NCBI GenBank assembly: GCA_951406725.2
Contig: OX597839.1
Span: 19,220,001-19,284,000, forward strand
DNA length: 64,000 nt
Direction of reading: 5' to 3'
From: Octopus vulgaris
Lineage: Eukaryota
Within the stretch, counting starts at the first letter, position 1. Each line of letters begins with the position of its first letter. Under the pieces are notes generated by a model. The model was not told the origin of the DNA, ran no database searches, and worked only from the letters and a program-made list of their open reading frames with translations. Of the stretch, positions 56,886 through 64,000 are shown one piece after another. A program made the position numbers and the translations under genes.

Positions 56886-57620
56886 TGATGATGATGATGA
56901 CGATGATGTTAGTGGTAAATGTGGCGATACTGAATATAGAGAAGATGATGTTTGTTTCTTGGTGATGATGGTTATGACGAAGATGTTGATGATGGTGGTG
57001 GTGGTGGTAGTAGTAATGTTGATGACGATGTTGATGGTGGTGGTAGTGGCAGCGGTGGTGTTGACGGTCAATGACGCCATCAAAGGTGACGATATTTATG
57101 ATGACGATGATACTGGTGATGTTGACTGCTGCTGCTGCTGCTGATGATGATGATACTGACAAAAATGATATGATGATGATGATGATGATGATGCCAAAAA
57201 TGGTGATTTATGACGTGTGATGAGGTTCATGATGATGATGGTGGTGGTTGTGTTACTGATTATGATATGATGATGGTCATGGTAGTAAGGGACGTAGAAG
57301 GTAGGGATGACGATACTCTGGTTGTGGTGGTGGTGGTGGTGGTAGTGGTGGTGGTCGTCGTTACAGTAGGAAGTGGTGTAGTATCTGATATTATGTTGTC
57401 GCTATTTCGGTGCTGGTGTCAGGCTTGGGGTAAATGAAGAGAGGAAGTAGGAGAGTTCCAATGTACAATGCCACAATGATGTTCGATGATGTGGCAACAC
57501 AGAAACTGTGGTCTTATAAAGAAAAGAAAAAACAAAGATAAAATTAACGATTGCACTCTTTAATAAGTTGTGCGGTATAGCGCGGCGTTGTGGGGTGACG
57601 TAGTGAGACCATTACCGAAA

Positions 57621-57890
57621 TGATCACCGTGACCGGCCAGGCTATCCGATGTTGTTACACATCACTGGTCACAGTGCGTTTTTGCACTGTTTTGGCCCCT
57701 CGAATGACGCTACCCCACTGGCTAAGCGAACAGGTCAACATTCCCCATCACCACCACAATCCTCATCGAAAGCAGGACTGGAGCAACATGTTTTGCTCAA
57801 GAACACGACGCGCTGCCCACGCTGAAAATCGAACCCACGATCTAGTGATAGTGACTGCTACAGCCTAACCACTAGGCCACGCCTTTTCAC
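57621..57890 (-). mobile_element. tRNA-derived SINE, head-2-like + tail-Y type (diverged)
   Basis: The tail matches 46370-46480; the head has ttgctcaagaacacgacgcg...aatcgaaccc...cctaaccactaggccacg. Confidence 0.8.
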
Positions 57891-57941
57891 TTACGGATGT
57901 AGTTGTACTACTACTATTATTATTATTATTATAATTATATA

Positions 57942-58049
57942 AGGCGGCGACATGGCAGAATCGTTGGCACGCCGGGCGAAATGCTTAGCGGTATTTCGTC
58001 TGCCGTTACGTTCTGAGTTCAAATTCCGCCGAGGTCGACTTTGCCTTTC
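57942..58049 (+). mobile_element. SINE family A, 5' head only
   Basis: aggcggcgacatggcagaatcgtt...gagttcaaattccgccgaggtcgactttgcctttc, abutting a mariner-like fragment at 58049-58100 (LKERCNKCVNLRGEY). Confidence 0.88.
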
Positions 58050-58736
58050 TGAAAGAGCGCTGCAATAAGTGTGTGAATCTGAGAGGGGAATATATACAAC
58101 ATACATGTATGAGTGTATCTGTGTATATTTCTGTATATGCGCGCGCGTGTGTGTGTGTGTGTGTGTGTGTGAGGTTATCGGTTTATGTGTTTGATAGTAT
58201 AGAATTGTATAATGGACGAAGAGAAACGGTAAGTGTGGAATCGTGTTAAAGATAATTTCCGTTCAAAACAACAAAAATGCGACAAGAGACGAATTAGATG
58301 CTACAAAAATAATACATGTTAAAAATGACTTGCCAATTTAGTTCAATTATGTAAGGCCAGAAGATCGATTCGCAATCCTAAACTCCAGGGTTCGTTCCCA
58401 CAGTGTGGTACCATACGACTGAAATAACACCCCTGTGCCTTGTGATTGACATTTTTTGAAAAGTTTTCTTCTAATTTTCTTTAGCTCTAAGACTCACAGA
58501 CCCAGTTAACCGATTTCCTTGCTGTATAACTCACCGACATCGGAACAATCCCACTGAACGGGTGCCAGTCCATTTTGGTATTCCATGCTAAGAATTTTCT
58601 GAGGATAGAGGATAATTCTATTGAATCAACCCCAGAACTTAAACCGTTATTTTATTTTATCGATTCTGAATATATGAAAGGCAAAGTTGACCTCAGTGCG
58701 ATTCGAGCTCAGAGCACAGAGAGGCGTGTTTGTGTG

Positions 58737-58774
<38 letters not shown>

Positions 58775-58778
<4 letters not shown>

Positions 58779-58937
58779 ACGGGCTTCTTTCAGTTTTCAT
58801 CTAACAAATCCAGTCAAAAGGCTTTGGTCGGCCTCAGGCTATAGTAGGAAACACTTTCTCAAGATGCCAGAGTGGGACTGAACCCGGAACCATGTGGTTG
58901 AGAAGCAAGCTCCTTACCACAAACCCACTCCTGCGCC
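58775..58937 (-). mobile_element. SINE family B, 5' half
   Basis: cgggcttctttcagttt...gggactgaacccggaaccatgtggtt...cactcctgcgcc. Confidence 0.88.
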
Positions 58938-59019
58938 TATGCATATTTGGATATATATATTTGTACACACTTACGCCCCCCTCTCTCTCTGTACACACAC
59001 ACACACATCAATATGTATG

Positions 59020-59069
<50 letters not shown>

Positions 59070-59146
59070 GCACAGTCTGTTGGTTATGGTTTTTGGCCCA
59101 CGACCATAAGTTCGTGGATTTGACTTCAGGACTGACCGGGTATCAT

Positions 59147-59710
59147 CATCATTGTTCGACCGTGGTCGAGACAATGGAATTTACTTTGCTATGCCAGACT
59201 TCACGGTCCATCATAGCATTACGGAGGTCCTGTTGCTGGATGCCTGTATCCCTGGAGATTACATCAGGGTAGGAGAGTGTGCACCCTCTGGTATCGCAAG
59301 TAGATGGCTTCCAGAGGAGAAGAGGAGAAATTACCTGGACTCTCCTACCTTTCACAAGGGATGATACAGGTGGTAGTTTCCCATATATTTGTACTTTGGT
59401 TGGATGGCGCTTCCACGAGAGATTTTGAGCTCTCATAAGGAGGCAAGTGTAAGTTCCATCCAACCGCCTCTCAAGCTTCTTTGATAACGTCCAGGTATCT
59501 GAGCCATATAGTAGAATTGGTTCGACTGTGGCTTTGAAGATTTTAAGTTTGAAGTCTCTACTTAGATTTGATGACCAGATATTATGCATGTCATTACAGG
59601 CTGACCAGGCCATGCCCTTTCTAGATAGAAAATCTTTTTCAGATGATGATATGTATGACCCAAGATATTTGTAATCAGAAACCATATTTAAACCATCTTG
59701 CCTGGAAATC
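59147..59710 (-). mobile_element. 5'-truncated RTE-clade LINE with open C-terminal ORF
   Basis: The ORF has YKYLGSYI...KLKIFKATVEPILLYGSDTWTL...MMDREVW, and its stop is followed by a (TGA)n tail. TSD-like ccgggt(a/g)tcat lies at 59136-59146 and 59711-59721. Confidence 0.9.
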
Positions 59711-60487
59711 CCGGGTGTCATAGTGTGTTGTAGATGAAGGTACATCATTTCATCTCTGACAATGAATTCAAACCAAGTGCAGATGCAGCTTCAGTCGCCT
59801 CTGCTATATTCCCAATCAACCACCGGATCATACCTGACAGGGTTCAAACAGCGTCTCTATCCACAGGCGGTCACATAGGGGGCCCGAAAAACAGGTAGCG
59901 AAAGCGTGGTACAAGCTACGAAACCTAGTCTCTTGCGAGTGATTCCTAAGCAAGTTATTATTATAGTAAAAAGACGTCAACACTTGAGGTTCACATGCAC
60001 TAATCCTGAGTAATTAAATCGGTAAATTTATAAATAATCAGACGAACAAAACGATAAACTTTCTTGAATGTAAACAACTCCAATCGCCTCCCAAGAGCAA
60101 TGAATTATGCTGCGCTCTCTCTCTCTCCTCTCCTCTCAACTCCACTTTCTCATTCCCCGATCTCTCCCTCTCTCTATCTGTCTGTCTATCTACAGACGAA
60201 TACACACAAACACATACATATATGTGCTGACGTACGTATGTGTACGGTATATAGCCCCACTTTCTTTCTCTCTATACACTCACATATATATGCACCTAAG
60301 TATGTTTGTATATATAACATATATACATACATGCATTTGTATATGTATGTTAAAGGGTATGTATATATACATACATGTATGTATGTATATATATATATAT
60401 ATATATAAAGTGCAACAGATATATACTTGTGCAGTTAATTTCTTTCTCATATTCTACATCTCTCTCTCTCTCTCTCTCTTTGCGCGT

Positions 60488-60531
<44 letters not shown>

Positions 60532-60600
60532 TGTGTATGTGTATACTCTTAATTTCCACGTATATGTAAGCACAATATATATTTACGTGTGTGTGAATAA

Positions 60601-60638
<38 letters not shown>

Positions 60639-60712
60639 TGGTATGTATGAATGTATCCATCCATCAATTTATACGTCTACCTACCTTCATGCCTACCCAC
60701 CTGTCTGTCTGC

Positions 60713-60743
<31 letters not shown>

Positions 60744-61317
60744 CTTACCTATCTACCTATTTTTATGCGTGTGTATATATATATATATATATATATGTAC
60801 ACACATACACGTATTTATGCGGCCGCATGCTTTTATTTTCTGTATTTTTTCCCGTATTCACTGCTCCTCTATCCCCGTACGTATCTGACATGTATATTTT
60901 CAAACTTGAGCCGCAAACATTAACTAAACACAGCATTAAAATGAAATGCCATGAAACAGAATCCCAAACTGTAAATAAACATAATTAATTCGAGGACCTT
61001 CCTATCTTAAAAACGTCCCTCAACAGGATGTTGTTTAAAATATTTACATTAAAAAACTTAATTCCAGTTTTATTCCGCTTTATCGGCAAATCTTATGTAA
61101 AACATACATAAACTAAATTATCATTGGAATATCAAATTAAATAATTCTTAAGTTTATCTTTATTCGAAGATATCAGATAAATAGCGTATCTCGTAGGTGT
61201 GATGCCTCTAATTAGAGACAAATTTGTAAATAGATATATAAGGTAACTTGTTCAAGCATGTTTAGGGCTTATGCACCTCTTATCGTTTCGATGAAATAAT
61301 TCTTTCAACTTACTATA

Positions 61318-61615
61318 AGCAGGCCTGGGCTAGATGTAAGAAAATCCTGGGTAGCCCAATCGTCAAGATTCCTCTCTTGACCTTGCTGATGTAGTCCAAG
61401 GGAGTGCAGAGCATTACGTTTGGCACCAGCTTGGTTGCAGGAGCTGGTGGAAGAGTGTCGAGTCGAACACTAAACCGCCTACGGGGCTCCACTCCGGATT
61501 TTTTTGGAGGTTGTCTCCTTTCCGTAAACCTGGATAGGGGCCCATACTGGGTACTGTCAGCCGGAGCCAGCCGAACCCGGGACTCGTGTCAGGCAGAGAC
61601 GTCACTCAGTGAAGT
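61318..61615 (+). mobile_element. Probable RTE-type 5' UTR-derived element
   Basis: GC-richer island containing gctgatgtagtccaa, acgtttggcaccagcttgg and ctccactccggattt, which I recall from RTE/BovB 5' UTRs. No ORF homology. Confidence 0.45.
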
Positions 61616-61639
61616 AGGGAAGAAAATCGCTACCCACTA

Positions 61640-62278
61640 CCTAAACATGGATGAAATGCCGTTAAGCAATTTCTCCCGAGTGGAAACGATTCTGCCGGCT
61701 CGCCGCCTCCCTGGTGTTATACGATGATTTAAAATGCTTCCACAACGGCAGAAATTTCGAGGGAGGACGTAAGTCGATTACATCGACCCCAGTACTCAAC
61801 TTGTACTTATTTTATCGACCCCCCCAAAAAAATAAATGGCAAACCTGACTTCAGCGTAATTTGAACTCAGATCAAAAAGATAGACGAAATGCTGTTTAAG
61901 CACTTTGCCTGTCGTGCTAACAATTCTGCCAGCTCACCCCTTTCAGCTATTATATAATCGTTTCAAATTGTGGCACAAGTTCAGCAATTTCGAGAGAAGT
62001 GGTAAGTCAATTATATCGCCTCCAATGCTCAACCGGTACTTATTCTATCCTTTGTGTAAAATCATTCGTGAATCTGACCCCAAATCAGGTTGTATTGTCC
62101 CTTCTTTGTTCGCCCCTGGTGGGTAATAAAAAAAACAGGTACTTATTTTATCGACCCCGAAAAAATAAAAGGCAAAGTTGACTTCGGCGTAATTTGAACT
62201 CAGAGCGTAGAGACAGAAGAAATACTTATTAATCATTTTGCCTGGTGTGCAAACGATTCTGCCAACTCATCGCCTTCC
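61640..62278 (-). mobile_element. Cluster of co-oriented family A SINEs and fragments
   Basis: Repeated acttattttatcgacccc...aatttgaactcaga...attctgcca units. Confidence 0.82.
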
Positions 62279-63596
62279 TGATACTACAGACTAAAAATGA
62301 AACATCATTCGCTTTTAATTTCTCTAGAAAACAAAATATTCTCAATTCCTAAAATGATTTAAAATTGATGCAAGCGGTTGTAAACGAGACTGTATTGGCC
62401 AGGCAGTCTAGACATTCATTCAGGAAGTTATTATAGTGTTATCATAATAAATAAACTAGAAATAAAAGCTTTAAAGTACACATAACTACATGTTAGTGAC
62501 TACATAATAATTTGATACAGTCACTATGAAAAAAAAAAGTTACTCAACCACCGGCTAATAAAGGTAATTTATAAAGAATTCTAATTAATTTTTTTTTTAA
62601 ATATTTAGATCTATAATGAGCAACTTTTCGTCGCAAACTTCAAACTATTCCAGACAATAATAGAAGAAAAATAAACAATTCCACGTTTGATGAAGAAAAT
62701 AATCTGTGAAATATGAAAGAATGTCTTGGTTTGGCGCCGAGACAGACGAAAAATATTAAATATTTAAACTGAAAACAAAACAGAAGACATTTTGTTTTTA
62801 TTTTATACTTTTTTTAAAATCGCTCCCTGACCATAGCAACAGTTAATTGTGTGAAAACATTATGGATGATTATTTAAAGTACAAATACAGCTTTGATTAT
62901 CCGTGTGGAAGTAGCTTAGATGAGAATAAATCAAATAATTTTATACGGTAAAAATTGCCGGGCGACTCTCTTCAGATTGGCGTGGATTAGCTGATCATTA
63001 GAATATTGGGCGAAACAACTTACAATATTTAGTAGGAAGCCATATGTCCTAAGTTCAAATTTATAAGTCTGAAGGGGTTACCCCAGCCCTTACAAAGCAA
63101 GCCTATAGCTCCCTCCCCAAAACCTGCAGGACTTGTGCCAAAATTTGAGACCAATATATAACAAGTCACAACTGAACAATAATTAAAAATGTTCCGTGAC
63201 AATACCACAAGTTATTCCATTGTTAATAATATATAATATCAAAGAATTTGTAAAGTAAAGTATATTTTAAGGATGGATAGGGAAGATTAGCTGAGTCTGC
63301 ATGCTTGATCTTTGATGCTTCTCCCTCTTTATCCTTTAACGTAGGCACTCTCACATTATTTACGTTTCCCATCAGTTGCAGCCAGTCGATCAGTCACAAA
63401 AGAAGGAAAATTCTGTTGTCTTGCCTATTGCCTCATATCATAGTAAATCTGAAAAGGGTTAACCCAGCTCTGATCGAGCAAACCTATAGGTACAGGCGGT
63501 CTTATTGTATTTTTTTACCAAACACATCAGAAATTAAACTTGATTAAACAGTATATGATTTACTTTTTAGGATGGTAGGAAATGATATCTATAGCT

Positions 63597-63665
63597 ATGT
63601 ATGTATGTATGTATGTATGTATGTATGTATGTATGTATGTATGTATGTATATATGTATGTATGTA
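63597..63665. repeat. (TATG)n microsatellite
   Basis: Tetranucleotide run. Confidence 0.95.
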
Positions 63666-63743
63666 ATATAATACTGTCAATGAAAAATTTCAACACGATA
63701 TCTAATCTAGATCCACGGGCAAAATCTCCGGTGCTGACATACT

Positions 63744-63780
<37 letters not shown>

Positions 63781-64000
63781 CATAAATGAGAGACGGAATG
63801 TGGAAGATACGAGAATATTGGTCACTAGAATTTTTCCGACCAATCTAGCATTGATCCTTCGCAGGTGAGATTCTGAACATTAGGTTTAGGCGTATTCCTC
63901 GGTGTAGATGTGTCTCCTCAGGTGATTTCAATAGGTATTTTGTTAATATAAGATCTGTTTCGCAAGATTACTTCTTGGTTTTCGTATATAGAAGTGGCAA

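Noticed and set aside
59880-59935. HHR-like gtagc/gctac-GAAAC-cta-GTC
   Set aside because: There is no recognisable CUGAnGA box at the right position.

Overview
This is a very AT-rich eukaryotic non-coding window, intergenic or a large intron. The SINE repertoire and microsatellite load suggest an octopus or related cephalopod genome (inference). I can support no host protein-coding gene. Almost all listed ORFs are translations of (TA)n, (CA)n, (AAT)n or (GAT/GGT)n repeats. The window holds dozens of tRNA-derived SINEs from at least three groups, with swapped head and tail modules. It also holds degenerate RTE LINE fragments, an R4/Dong-like 3' end, two non-autonomous Helitrons, Tc1/mariner-type MITEs and fragments, and several minisatellites. 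The most notable signal is about 10 type I minimal hammerhead-ribozyme (HHR) motifs in at least five unrelated non-coding repeat families, in the style of Penelope-like elements (PLEs). Two stand out. One is an ORF-less element at 25454-26345 with direct terminal repeats and two intact-core HHRs exactly 120 bp apart, a retrozyme or circular-RNA candidate. The other is a tRNA-promoter-headed element ending in an HHR at 2884-3170, with an inverted partial copy next to it. All calls come from reading the sequence by eye, and coordinates of degenerate repeats are approximate.
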